Below are positions 1-11,681 of a DNA stretch of 64,000 nt, piece after piece. Made by a program: the position numbers and the translations under genes. Positions within the stretch are counted from its first letter, which is position 1, and every line of letters begins with the position of its first letter. Location: contig OX597816.1 of NCBI GenBank assembly GCA_951406725.2, positions 118,234,001 through 118,298,000 on the forward strand, written 5' to 3'. Source of the stretch: Octopus vulgaris (lineage: Eukaryota). The notes under the pieces were generated by a model that did not search any database, was not told the origin of the DNA, and saw nothing but the letters and a program-made list of their open reading frames with translations.

Positions 1-214
1 TATATATATATATATTTGAATATGCTGATCAAATTGAAGTTATATATATATATATATATAGCTTTTCTTTTTCCATAAGGTATTTTGTAACATTTAAAAA
101 AATATAGTAACTTTCATAGTCTAGATATCAATTGCTGGCTTTACATATTAAAAAACTGCAGTGTTCCTGCAGCACATAACAGCAATAATTGGAATATTTC
201 AGTAAGTGTACACA

Positions 215-246
<32 letters not shown>

Positions 247-255
247 ATATACATG

Positions 256-291
<36 letters not shown>

Positions 292-327
292 AACACACAC
301 ATTTATATATACAGAAACATACATTCA

Positions 328-366
<39 letters not shown>

Positions 367-400
367 TATATACATGTACACACACATGTATTCATATATG
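215..400. repeat. Compound (CA)n/(TA)n microsatellite
   Basis: Visible dinucleotide runs; source of the HTHT/CVCV ORFs. Many similar tracts occur (e.g. 1472-1530, 6417-6465, 9372-9417, 27633-27704, 38791-38828, 39839-39888). Confidence 0.95.
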
Positions 401-449
401 ACACGACAAAAATAAATGAATACAATAGGAAAATAAAAATGCCAGTTAC

Positions 450-510
450 CCTAGCTAAAGCTTGGAAACCACTGTCTGTGAACTGCGAGCAACTTGCTAC
501 CTCTAAGGTC
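450..510 (-). CDS. FBXL20: FBXL2/FBXL20-like exon (LRR), 61 nt; gene continues beyond the left edge
   Basis: (R)TLEVASCSQFTDSGFQALAR. Acceptor ccttcAG, donor GTaac; phase 2 to 0; no stop codon reached in the window. Confidence 0.95.
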
Positions 511-1269
511 CTGAAGGGAAAGGTAGGAGGGAAGAAATTTAATACAATTCTCAACAACCATCATGATAAAAACTAAAATCATTTTTCACTGACGTTTTTA
601 AAGAAAATAATGAAGACAAAAACACAAACTGGGTGAAATACACTGATTCAAAGATTAGGGTTTAATATAGAAGACATAAGCAGGATTTTGTTTTGGGCTT
701 TATGTGATGGGTTCAAATCCCATCAAGATTAATTTTTGCCTTTCATCCTTTTCAGGGTGAAATAAAGTACCAGTGAAGTCAGGTTGATTTAAAAATACTA
801 TGCCCACTTCACAGGTCAGCTGCAGAGCATGCTGACAGAGCAGGACACTCCTAGCTCAGCTGTAGACCTTAAAATGAACTGCATGCAAACAAAATATATG
901 CACATCAAAAACATAGCACAAGGTCAAATAGAGGTGGGAAGAGGTAAAAAAAAAAATCAAAGAGGTAAAGGGGTACCTCTACCTCTGGTATGCAGTGAAT
1001 ATGTGCTGAAACATGGATGCTAAAATCTCATGGAGAATAAGGACTGAACTTGTCACAAGGTTCGCAGACAACAGGTACACCTGCTTGGTTGCTCACTGGT
1101 ACCCCAAAAAATAAGAAAAAGCCCACAACAATGGAAAGACAATTTAGTTAAATGATTTGGCATAGAAGGGAAAGAAAGGTACAATCAAAAAAGAATTGGA
1201 AGTACATTGTGACCAGTGGAGTATAACAACATCCTGTAGTCTGGTCAATATAGTGATACATCCTGACCA

Positions 1270-1460
1270 TCATTGTTTAATGTCTGTTGCCCATGTTAGC
1301 ATGGGCTGGACGGTCTGACCAGAGCTGGCAAGCTGAGGAGCTGCACCAGATTCCAGTCTGATTTGGCAAGGTTTTTACAGCTGGATGCCCTTCCTAACGC
1401 TAACCACTTTACAGAATGTGCTGGGTGCTTTTACATGGTGCTACATGGGCACTTGTACAT
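1270..1460 (-). mobile_element. SINE 3' portion with RTE-type tail (family C)
   Basis: Reverse complement of the ...TGGTTGGCATTAGGAAGGGCATCCAGCTGTA...CCCATGCTAGCATGG...GTTAAA(YGA)n sequence also at 3340-3510, 40970-41205 and 63292-63388. Confidence 0.8.
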
Positions 1461-1469
1461 GATACAGTG

Positions 1470-1527
<58 letters not shown>

Positions 1528-1742
1528 TATAAAACAGTCAACTGATGAAATGCAGTTGTTGCAATTCATTTGCAAACATGATGTTTCAACTCTGTAGAGT
1601 TGAAAAGAGAAGGAAATACTTCAAGCTTTTCCCAGTGGAATTAAACAAAAATTATGAGAGTGGGGTGGAGGTCAAAGCAGATGTGAAATTCATCTTCAGC
1701 ATCTTTCAACTTAAAAAATAAATAAAAACAATATAAATACTA

Positions 1743-1913
1743 AGGCAGCAGAATTGTTAGCACACCTGGAAAAATGCTTAGTGGCATTTCATCCATCTTT
1801 ACATTCTGAGTTCAAATTCTGCCAAGGGCAACTTTGCCTTTCAGACTTCTGGGGTTGATGTAATCAACTTATCCCCTCCCGTGAAACTGCTGACCTTGTA
1901 CCAAAATTTGAAA
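1743..1913 (+). mobile_element. tRNA-derived SINE (family B)
   Basis: GCAGAAT..TTAGCAC...AAAATGCTTAG...GAGTTCAAATTCTGCC (B-box-like)...CTTTGCCTTTCA; homologous to 19368-19587, 54403-54608 and 58589-58835. Confidence 0.8.
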
Positions 1914-1963
1914 TCTATATTACATATAATATGAAATGGTAATTAAAGTAATAAGTAGCAGTT

Positions 1964-2188
1964 TTAACCCTTTTGGTACCAACCCACTTTAAAACTGCCC
2001 TTGATTCTGTAATACAAATTTCCCATTTAAAAGTGATCTAAATTAAAATCTTCAATAAAATTTCATGTTAATTTATATCCAATATGCCAGTTTAAAAATG
2101 ACAGTTATTTCACCAAATTTATTATTTTCAAAATCAATTGAAATAAGCAAAATGTATTTCAATGAAAATATAGTAACAAAATGGTTAA
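1964..2188 (+). mobile_element. piggyBac-like MITE (family E)
   Basis: TTAA-CCCTTTTGGTAC ... GTAACAAAATGG-TTAA terminal inverted repeats with TTAA flanks; opposite-orientation copy at 28882-29094. Confidence 0.7.
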
Positions 2189-2292
2189 ATGTGAAAACTT
2201 ACAAAAAGCAGACTGCCACAGAATTTAAAAAGCATAAACAATAGAATAAAAAGCAATAAGAAAGCAGAAGACACACAAACACCAATACTTAC

Positions 2293-2423
2293 CGCATATC
2301 AAGGCATCCCTTAGCAAGTGAAAACAATGATGTGTCTGTGAGTAGACAGCAATTGGACACACAAAGAACTTGTAACTGATGGCAATTTTGACTTATCTGT
2401 TGAATACCTTCATCAGTTATGTG
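2293..2423 (-). CDS. FBXL20: FBXL2/FBXL20-like exon (LRR), 131 nt
   Basis: HITDEGIQQISQNCHQLQVLCVSNCCLLTDTSLFSLAKGCLDM(R). Acceptor ttgcAG, donor GTaagt; phase 0 to 2. Confidence 0.96.
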
Positions 2424-3099
2424 CTGCAATTAATAAAGAAAAGTTAATGATGGGAGGAAACAATGGTCAATAGATTCTATTAGAGTAACAATTATAACTA
2501 GATAATAAATGATTGCAATAAGCAATAAACTGAAGTAAAATTATAATATACAAAATCAACAATAAACTAAGATGTAAGAGATATCAATAAGAGGCGAGTG
2601 GCAAAAAATGAAAACAATGGTAATAACCAAGCTAATGAGGGAGGCCTCTAAATAATTGTAACTCAAATTGTTAGAAATAGCAGCCAAATCTCTTCTGATA
2701 TTCTTAAAAAAAGAAGGATACACAAAATGATGTTGTCGTCAAAATATCATTTGAATAAGATGGAGTAATCATGACAGCAATGTCTTATGGGTCCACTTAG
2801 AATCAACCCGGGGCTATAGTAGAAAATACTTGTCTGAAGTACAATACAATGAGACAGAACCCAAAAGCATGTGGCTAAGAAGTGAATTTCTTAACCACAC
2901 AGCCATCTGCATTCAAAAACCTATGATATAAGAAGAAATCTCTGGAGTCAATATGAGGTATATGTTGGTGACAGGAAGAACAACTTGTCACAAAATTCTG
3001 TCTCAAACGACTCCATACAACCCATGCTAGCATGGAAAAACAGTCATTAAATGAATGAATATGTCCAAGTGGAACTACTGACTTTCTGACTAAAATATT

Positions 3100-3510
3100 T
3101 GCATACTGCAGTCAAGCATTGGGCTGCATAGAGGCAATGTGGCCAATGCCAGTGTTGTGTAATTGGTACCTGTACTGGTTGCACATAAAAGGCACCTTTT
3201 GAGTGTTGGACCTCAAAGAGGCAATGACAAATGACTGAGACCTTTGGTAGTATGCTGTATTGAGAAAACCCATCAAGCCAAGTGAAACCACATTCATGGC
3301 AGATACTGGTGTCACGCAACTGGTACCCATGCCGATGGCATGTAAAAGCACCCACTACACATTCAGAGTGGTTGGCATTAGGAAGGGCATCCAACTGCAG
3401 AAACCATGCCAAATCAGACTGGAGTCTGATGCAGTCCCTCAGGTTACCAGCTTTGGCAACCTATGCCAGTATGGACAACGGATGTTAAAACATGATGATG
3501 ATGATGATGA
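3100..3510 (+). mobile_element. SINE with RTE-type tail ending in (GAT)n (family C); 5' boundary approximate
   Basis: GTAAAAGCACCCACTACAC...GTGGTTGGCATTAGGAAGGGCATCC...GGATGTTAAAACATGATGATGATG; multi-copy in the window. Confidence 0.8.
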
Positions 3511-3542
3511 CTAGAAGACTAAATGAACCACAGAATACTTAC

Positions 3543-3617
3543 TGAGCAGCTGTTAAGGTTCAGAGTTAGTAGGTTGCTGCAGCTCATGGCCAGTGGAGCT
3601 ATGCCATCATTAGTAAT
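3543..3617 (-). CDS. FBXL20: FBXL2/FBXL20-like exon (LRR), 75 nt
   Basis: ITNDGIAPLAMSCSNLLTLNLNSCS. Acceptor tttaacAG, donor GTaagt; phase 0 to 0. Confidence 0.93.
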
Positions 3618-4171
3618 CTGTTAAAAAAAAATTCAATATGTTTTTCTTAAATCACTCTCTACTGTTTAGAAAAAAATAAAGAGACATGTATCCAAGATAA
3701 TGTAATCCTGAATTCATATTTTAAACAAAGATGGGATAGTCAATACCTGAATATGTTTCATTATTATCATAAATCTGCATAATCAGAGCTAAACAAGAAC
3801 AAGGCTTCTGATTCTAATATTATATTACCAGTGCAGCACTAGTATTATAACAAATTTTAAAATCCCAAGTAACTATTATAGACATTAAGACCAATGCTAG
3901 GAAGTGTGGGATCCAATTAGAGAATTATCAGTGGGGTCCTCTACTCTACAAAAGCTGTCGTATACCCATCCCAGTCAAAAAGCATTAATCAGATATACTA
4001 AAAATTCACCATAGTGGTCTCTGTTTGAGCACAGGTGTGAGAGCCCACTTTTGGTGTGAGGCCCAATTTGAACAAATCTGATTAGTTTAAAACTGGCTTT
4101 GTGTATAATTAAGTAGAGTAACTTGAATATTGAGTTTAAGTCCTCTTAAAGTCATGGCATAAGCATTGAGT

Positions 4172-4380
4172 GCTATATTTTCCAGCATGTAACCCAATAT
4201 AGTATATAGCAAAAACATAGTATAAATATTTCAACATTGTCACTATCTTTCCAAAACCTGCAGTATTCTATATGGAATTTTTGGTTCTACAAAGTCATTT
4301 TGATGTATAAGTTGACCTATTCTTTTTGGTTGTAAACTTTGGTCTGAAAAAATTAGACTTGCATGCTGAAAAATATGAGC
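4172..4380. mobile_element. Degraded pogo/Tigger-like MITE
   Basis: Imperfect TIRs of about 27 bp: GCTATATTTTCCAGCATGTAA and the reverse complement of TTGCATGCTGAAAAATATGAGC. Confidence 0.5.
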
Positions 4381-4495
4381 AATTGTAAAATTGGTAGGAT
4401 TACTTGAAACTCAACCAAAAATATGTGGTTGAAAAACAATAAAAAAAAAAAAAGAAGGGAAAAGAGTAGACTGTAAATATAAAAACACCACTCAC

Positions 4496-4622
4496 CTGAT
4501 GACATCCTTTGGAATAGAAAGATTTTATTTTCGGGCAGCCTTTGGCCAAAGCATCTACCCCATCATTGGTCACTTGACTTGACCATGATATGTTGAGATA
4601 TTCAAGATTTGGACAACCCTCA
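4496..4622 (-). CDS. FBXL20: FBXL2/FBXL20-like exon (LRR), 127 nt
   Basis: (S)EGCPNLEYLNISWSSQVTNDGVDALAKGCPKIKSFYSKGCHQ, inside ORF 4400..4660. Acceptor ttgcAG, donor GTgag; phase 2 to 0. Confidence 0.97.
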
Positions 4623-5166
4623 CTGCAATAATTGAAAGTATATAGAATGAAATTCACCAAAATGTTACATCCTCCAAAATGATGAAATTTGGAGGATCAC
4701 TTATTATATTTCAAACAAAATTTATAACAAACAACTTATTTAGAAGTTTATCTAAAATAATAAAGTCTTACATATGTGATTTATTGAGCTGAAAACCTTT
4801 GATTAATTGAGATTATCTATGGAATTATTAAACAAAATGTCCACCAGAAAAAATTCAAAACAATTTGGAAATATAAAAACAATGTAGATGACTGAGAATT
4901 AAAAAAATTTTATCATTTATTTTCCCCTACTTTGTTAATACCCAAAGTCTCCATAAGCTAGTTATACCATTCCCTGGTATATTTTTTATGATCCAAACTA
5001 TCATCCCAAGTACATGAAGATATGCCTTATAAACTTATTTCTAAAAGATTAAATAAATAGGATAACCAGTTTGCATATACAATGTATATTTGGCACACAG
5101 TTCAATTAATAAATAAAAATTTATTGAAAAATTTTTTATATCTATATGTACACACATACTCACAGA

Positions 5167-5322
5167 CAGTGCCATGGCCGAAAGTTTGGAACATAGGTCA
5201 GAAAATTATAATTTTATATATTAAATGCCCAAATATATATGTTGTATATGTTTGAATTGAATTATACTTGGGCATAATAATTTTAATTTCTTAAAAAATG
5301 TTCCAAATTTTTGACCATGACT
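5167..5322. mobile_element. Tc1-like MITE
   Basis: TIRs CAGTGCCATGGCCGAAAGTTTGGAACAT and ATGTTCCAAATTTTTGACCATGACT, resembling Tc1 CAGT..GGCCAAAAGTTTG ends. Confidence 0.65.
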
Positions 5323-5381
5323 AAAGAAGAGACAGAAAAAGAATCCATAAAATTTTAATTTGAAATATTCCTTGTATTTAC

Positions 5382-5477
5382 CTCAAAAATTTCAAAGAAT
5401 TGTTTGAAATTTCTGTACACGAGGACAAATTTAATCGAGATAACTTCACACAATATTTCCCTAAACTCTGACAAGTT
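5382..5477 (-). CDS. FBXL20: FBXL2/FBXL20-like exon (LRR), 96 nt
   Basis: (L)TCQSLGKYCVKLSRLNLSSCTEISNNSLKFL(S). Acceptor tttccAG, donor GTaaa; phase 2 to 2. Confidence 0.95.
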
Positions 5478-6409
5478 CTGGAAAAGAAGAAAAATATAGA
5501 AAGAAATTAATCAAAAGGAAATAGCAGAGTGCTCAAAGAGTCAAATAAAAAAAAAATTTTTAATTCCTGTTTACAATGTATAGCTTTCAGAAGATGCTAC
5601 AGGCATGGCACAAATAATACCATTATTATCAAAATAAACACGAAAATCTATTTAAATAGGAACTATAATGAATTTCCCCTTTCACTCCCACTACTCTAAA
5701 GGAAAATATAGAATCAAAATCGTTGATAAGTATATAATATTTGTGTTTCATTCATAGGGAGATGAGCATGAAACTAAAACCAGAAAGTTTGAAGTTTAAA
5801 AAGTACAAACTGCAATAGTGCTTTAAATGTAAATCAATTTAAGCATCTGTGAAGTTTTTTTTTTCTTTAACCATTAACAAATATATAAAATAGCAAGAAC
5901 ATATACACCTCATATAAATAGCTGAATTCTTTGCTTTTAGGGAGTCTAAGGAGAAACAGAATCTGTGGACTGAGGGGATAGGAATAAGCGGGTAAGATTT
6001 GTAAGCAACAAATACATAAATACACACAAATATACATACAATCAATACAGAATTGAGACTGCATGGTTACACTTTCATTCTCCAGCGCAGTATCTTATGC
6101 AAGTAGCTTCTATCAAAATCTGTGTCCTTCCATTTGCTAAGATGTTGGGGCCTGATTTTGAAAGTGACTTGGCTCACACAAACAAACATTACTGGTGCAT
6201 GCATACACAAGTAACAATTAGATGTGTGTGCATGTACATGAAATAGCGGTGGGATTATGTGTATATGTGCACACAGCATTGGTGTTTGCATGTATTTGTG
6301 CATGTATGCACCAACAGCAGATGACTCTCTCTCTCTCTCTCATTATCTACCCGATAATTTAGCACAATTCACTGTCATAAAGATTGGACATTTATCTATG
6401 AATTCTATC

Positions 6410-6465
<56 letters not shown>

Positions 6466-7336
6466 GTAATATCAGTGTTCCTAACTTCCTTCAAAAATAT
6501 GTGTAACAGAGTCCTGGCCACAAAGTTTTCTAATAACTGAATCCTAAATTTCTTCATAAAATGTGTATACCAGTATCCTGGATAAAGGAATTTTCCCAAC
6601 TGTCTACACATTAAGAATTGTGTTCTTATCTCCTTTTGTAGAAGATATGAGATGGTATGTCTGGAATGTCAGAGACAGTGGATAATGATCATAGAGCACA
6701 ACAGCAAGAACTGAATTGAGAGCAGTAGAGAAGATGCAGGGAAAAATTGGAGGAAGGCAAGGAGAAGAAATAAGAATTAGGAATAAAAGGAGGAGAATCA
6801 CAATGAGAAGTACTAACTCAAAAAGAAAAAAAAAAAATGAAATTATTGCAAGAAACAGAGTTAGGTGTTATATAATGAATGATGAGGCTAAAGCGACGGG
6901 GTAAAGGCTAAGAACTATCAATCAAGTATGAACCTTCATGGTAGGCAAGAATATTTTGCACAAGCCAGGATGTGAAAACAGGCAAGAAGAGAATAAACAA
7001 AATTTCTTAAAGATTAATAAAATTGAAGATAAGGAAAATGACAGTATATTATTACTAAATAGGAGGTTTGTGGTTAACACTGTACCACAAAATGAACTGT
7101 AGAATTTCCACGGGCACTACTTATATATTAAGATCTTTCAACACCAGTTTGGTTAGCGAACCAGGGGAAACAACTTACAACCAACAATATTAATACATAT
7201 AGAGTTATATCCCTTACATGTAAAACCATGCATTACGGGGAAACTCCTCACTAAAAATACAGGAAGTAAATGTGTGCTTAGCATTGGCAAGAAGTTGAAC
7301 ATAAAAGAATTATTTTGTATCAGCATCTGTATCGTA

Positions 7337-7745
7337 TCATCATCATCTTCATTTTGATGCTCACTTTTCTTTGATCCAATAGGCTGGGCAGAATATGTTG
7401 GCACAGACTTCTACAGCTGGATACCCTACTTGTCACCAACCCTCACCAGTTTCCAAGTTAGGTAACATTTCTTCAAAGCTAGACATATTTTCATAAAAGA
7501 CTGGTAACAAAAGATACCATTTTGCATGGTGGTGGTGCTTGTTCACAGTTATCATACAATATCAAGACAAAGAAACATAAACACATACGCACACACCTAT
7601 ATATACATGTGTGCACACACGCATACACGCGCGCATGTGCGCACACACGCACACACAATGGGGTTCTTTCAGTTTCAATCTACCAAATCCAATCACAAGG
7701 CTTTGGTCAGCCCAGGATAATAGAAGACACTTGCCAAATGGTTCC
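7337..7745 (-). mobile_element. Family A SINE head joined to RTE-type tail (A/RTE-tail variant)
   Basis: (CAT)n, CACCAACCCTCACC.GTTTCCAAG, a CA tract, then TTCTTTCAGTTTC..TCTACCAAATCC..TCACAAGGCTTTGGTC. Same layout at 12068-12390, 30315-30746 and 60262-60647 (minus) and 18185-18562, 36378-36757 (plus). Confidence 0.8.
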
Positions 7746-8058
7746 ACTGCCTGACTAAAGCTAAACACTAACAGAACTCCATTAACAAACCAGAAAAACT
7801 CTCTCCAACATACCCTGTTCCCAACCTACAACTGTCAAGCCTCTACTTTCCTCCTTTCCTTGTCTCTCTTCCTTCTTGTACAACTACTTTTTCTGTCTAC
7901 GTACACCACACCTAATATTCTTCCATTTTATACCCATCTACCAAAGTAAACCATAATCTGGTGGCAACTGCTTAGCTGAAATTTAGAAGTCATTGTCAAT
8001 TTTTTTCCTCAAAAAATTAATATGAACCATACTAAAAAGAAGTGAGTGATCCTTCAGT

Positions 8059-8264
8059 TTAACTCTTTAGCATTTAAACAGGCTATATCTGGCTCGAATA
8101 TCCTACTTGTTTTATGCTAAAACTGACCAGATCAGGCCTCTCACACCTACCCTGTAATGTCATTCTAAAAATAAACAATCATATCTTCGAAATATCAAAG
8201 CTACAATACAGGATTAATTTTATAAAATGTAAATAAATAAATATTACATTTGACAGGGTAATCT
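8059..8264 (+). mobile_element. piggyBac-like MITE (family D), right end truncated
   Basis: TTAACTCTTTAGCATTTAAAC...CCTCTCACACCTACCC..AATGTCATTCTAAAAATAAACAAT; five homologous copies in the window. Confidence 0.75.
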
Positions 8265-9369
8265 TATTAAATTTCTAATGTTAAGTTACTTTTATAATTT
8301 CACAAAAAAAAAAATACACACAAATTCTGATCATGTCAATTTCAGCTGTCCTTTTTCTGAAGTCAATAATATCAATACTAAACAATATACTGGTGCTAAT
8401 ATAATCTACTAAAGCCTTAAAAGTGGTACTCTAGGATTGGTCACATTCCAACAGTTAAAAGCAGTAAAAATTGAAAAGAATTTTATGCACACAATTTATC
8501 ACTAACTGGTTACTGTTGGATCAATAAAATGTTGATGCATATCACTTCACCAAATTTATTTCTAATGCAGTGTGGTAAAGTGACTAATAACACTTTGCTA
8601 GTCAAATGTTAAAAATTTTACTTCACATGCTAATTCAAGTTCCGACCAAAGTGGATCTTATCACTCAGTTTTCCATAAAGAGGTAAAATCTACTGAGGTT
8701 CATGTGTTCACCGAGCTGTTTACCTATAATTAACCTTTCTTAAAATTATTGTTCTGGCTCAATGCTAATAAAAGTTTTATTGAAGTAAAAACCAGATATT
8801 CCAGTAATAGAGGAAACGAGCCTACTACATGAACTGTGATACTTGTAGCAAATATTCTTCTGTTTCTTTTACCAAATTTTGTATGGAATACATAAGTATA
8901 GAATCAACTTCAATATACATTACACTGAACAAACATATTTTAATAAATATAGATTGATGCAAGACAAGTCAGTTTCAGCAAGATTTAAACTTAGAATAAT
9001 AAGGCAGCAAGCAAATAAGATGCATAAAAACCAAGAATGTCAGCATCCTAATGATATCCTGCTAACATACACACACATGAAAAGCGAAGGTATTTCAGTT
9101 CAGACAAAATCACTCTATGATCACTGGACATCATCTGATGACATCAATTTCTCCTGGGAAGTAAAAAGGTAATGGCAACCCTTAGACATTGTTGTTCCAA
9201 GTTCTAGAACTCATAGGGCTGGTTACCCAATTTCCTTGGAATATAAGCAAGAAAGTGCACAACACTCTCCATGAACAAGATGTTAGTCTGTTGCAGGGTT
9301 ACTCATTTACAACTGAGTAGACTGAGCAATGTGAAGTGTTTTGCTCAAGAAAATGACACATTGCCTGGT

Positions 9370-9416
<47 letters not shown>

Positions 9417-9422
<6 letters not shown>

Positions 9423-9963
9423 ACTGAGGGAATGGTGCAGGTAAAATCCAGGCTACATATGTTTCCTAGTTAGCAGAACCTTGGACATAATAATTACTCA
9501 ACAAGGGGTATCCACTAGCTATTCATCAAGCCTAAGATACCTAAGTTAAATGAAGGTTATATTGTCATCAAGGGATACCAAGTTAACCCACAGGAAATTT
9601 GATCGTAAAATTTAACAACAGTATCTTCGGCCTGATGAGTAGCCAGTGGAGTACCCTTCATTGAGTAATTATTATTTCTGAGATTCTGTTAGCTAGGAAA
9701 CATACATAGCCTGGATTTCTCCTGCTCCATTCCCTCAATTTGAATTGTTATCTGTATACACAGCATCCTTAGTTGCTAATCATGAACCATAAAATAACTT
9801 TCTTCAGCTTAATGAATTTCGATATGGGAAAAATTTACAACCCTCTATGCCAATAAACTACTATTGTTCCTGAAAGTTTTCTTTTAAACTTCTACGAACT
9901 GCTTGAAGATTACTAACTTCCTAGACCTGGATCATTGGATCTTATATTTACAAATCATTATAT
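9417..9963. mobile_element. Penelope-like remnant with inverted pseudo-LTR arms (9417-9551 and 9610-9745); right boundary approximate
   Basis: Inverted repeat of about 135 bp directly beside (TA)n; each arm carries a hammerhead-like motif. Confidence 0.65.
9629..9711 (+). ncRNA. Degenerate type I hammerhead ribozyme motif
   Basis: GGC-CTGATGA-GTAGC...GCTAG-GAAAC-ATAC-ATA-GCC. The opposite arm reads GAAACATATGTAGCC, implying an ancestral GAAACATACGTAGCC with a GUA triplet. Confidence 0.55.
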
Positions 9964-10006
9964 ACATGTAGACACATGCAACATTTGTATATATGAAAAA
10001 TATATT

Positions 10007-10389
10007 CATATTGTTGCTATTATGTTAAACTGTCGTATGTCCAAATTTGGCCAAATTCATTTTTGTTTTTTTTTTTGCAATATTTAATTTTGCTTGCAAT
10101 AACCAGTTCTTTTGGGTCAAACTATCATATCTTCTGCTACTTCAGATGAATATTGTCAAAGTTTAGCATTTTTCAAAAGTGTATTAAGTCCCACATACAA
10201 CAGCTTTGCAAAAATATTTCTGAAAATATCATACATGCATGAAGTTACAATTTTATGCACCCAACAAAGTGTTGCTAAGCTGAAACTGTTGCTAATGTAA
10301 AAAGAAATGGATTGGTGAAACTATTTTTTCATTTTCTGAAAAAGCAACGTTTTGGACTTATGACACTTTTGTATAACAGCAACAATATG
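10007..10389. mobile_element. MITE with TIRs of about 40 bp
   Basis: CATATTGTTGCTATTATGTTAAACTGTCGTATGTCCAAA versus the reverse complement of TTTGGACTTATGACACTTTTGTATAACAGCAACAATATG. Confidence 0.65.
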
Positions 10390-10878
10390 CACTTATACAC
10401 ATTTACATTTTAATCTAATTATTGATTGGATTAAGTAATCTTATTTGGAGTGGTTTTGTTTTCATTAACATGTTTTATATCCAATGGTATGTGATATATG
10501 AATGTTGTACACAGCATGAGTGGAAGTCATGAGTTTTCTAAGACTGTGAAACACATTGATAAGTTGTGTTGTGGGTGCGTGAGAGAGAGAGTGTGTGTGA
10601 GAGAGATAGAGAAAGAGTATAAAAAAAGGTCTTTTAATACAGCCAAAGTTGTTGAATCAGTCTATTACTCCTCTAAGCTTCCTACTTTTGTGTTTGTTAT
10701 TATCCCATAGAAAACTCCAAGTACTGACTCAGTGCATCATCAGTTTTGATCGAACATGTGTGCACACGTGCGCGTGCGTGTTTGTAGACAAATCAATAGA
10801 GACAGACAGAGACAGATAAATGGAGAAAGACAGACAGAGACAGATCAATAAAAAGGTACTTTAACAAGTAATACTTAC

Positions 10879-10947
10879 AGGTCTGTGATCTTTTTACAGT
10901 TATTCAAATTTAATTCTTCTATATTTCTGCACTGCTGTGAGAATTTC
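10879..10947 (-). CDS. FBXL20: FBXL2/FBXL20-like exon (LRR), 69 nt
   Basis: (M)KFSQQCRNIEELNLNNCKKITD(L). Acceptor tttacAG, donor GTaagt; phase 2 to 2. Confidence 0.96.
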
Positions 10948-11681
10948 CTGTAAAATAATAACATAGACACTTAAAATTCATTTCCAAAAATATAAACATA
11001 GATGTTTAAGGGTCACTGTCAATGAAGATACTGAGCAGGCTATCAATTAAACAATACCGCTTTCTTACAGTGCTGAAGATGTGAACATGATTATGTGGTG
11101 TTGATGACCTATCTAAAACCATTAACAGAATTAACTTACAAACTATATAACTGTTACAAAATTAACTTCTTGTTCTAGAGCATAATTTGTGAAATTGGCA
11201 AAAGGTTTCCATATTGACAGTGGACACAAAATGAGACTGTGAGACATTCTTGCCAGCGCCTATCCCTTGAATAGTATCAATTTCAATGGAATGAAATGAT
11301 TACAAGCAATCAAAACCAAACTAAGTTAATTGCCAGCCACTTCTAGAACTGCACCTTAACAGTTGTATCTACCAAACTTTTCTTTACACAATACATATGC
11401 ACACATACTTAATAACCCAAGGGAGCTATTAAATGATCATTCAAACTACTAGAAATAACAACCAAATGTCCCTCAAAATACACATTATCATCTAAAAGGA
11501 TATATTGGACAAATATAGTCTGATATACAAAAGAGTGGGATCATCACAGTTGGAATGGCTTCAAGTATATCCTTTTGATCAGTGCTAATGTGAGGTTCAA
11601 CAATGGCACACTTGTTATTTAGTCATTCAAACTTTGTAAACTATTTAGCAATTGACAGAAAGGACAGTATTATGATATGCA

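Noticed and set aside
128-401. Overlapping ORFs rich in HT, CV and YI
   Set aside because: Translations of (CA)n/(TA)n microsatellites. The expected next FBXL exon (xCHxLExMDLEEC-like) is not present here.
1536-1705. Possible further hammerhead on the minus strand (CTGAAGA ... GAAACATCATGTT) beside a TA tract
   Set aside because: Stems I and II cannot be paired convincingly.
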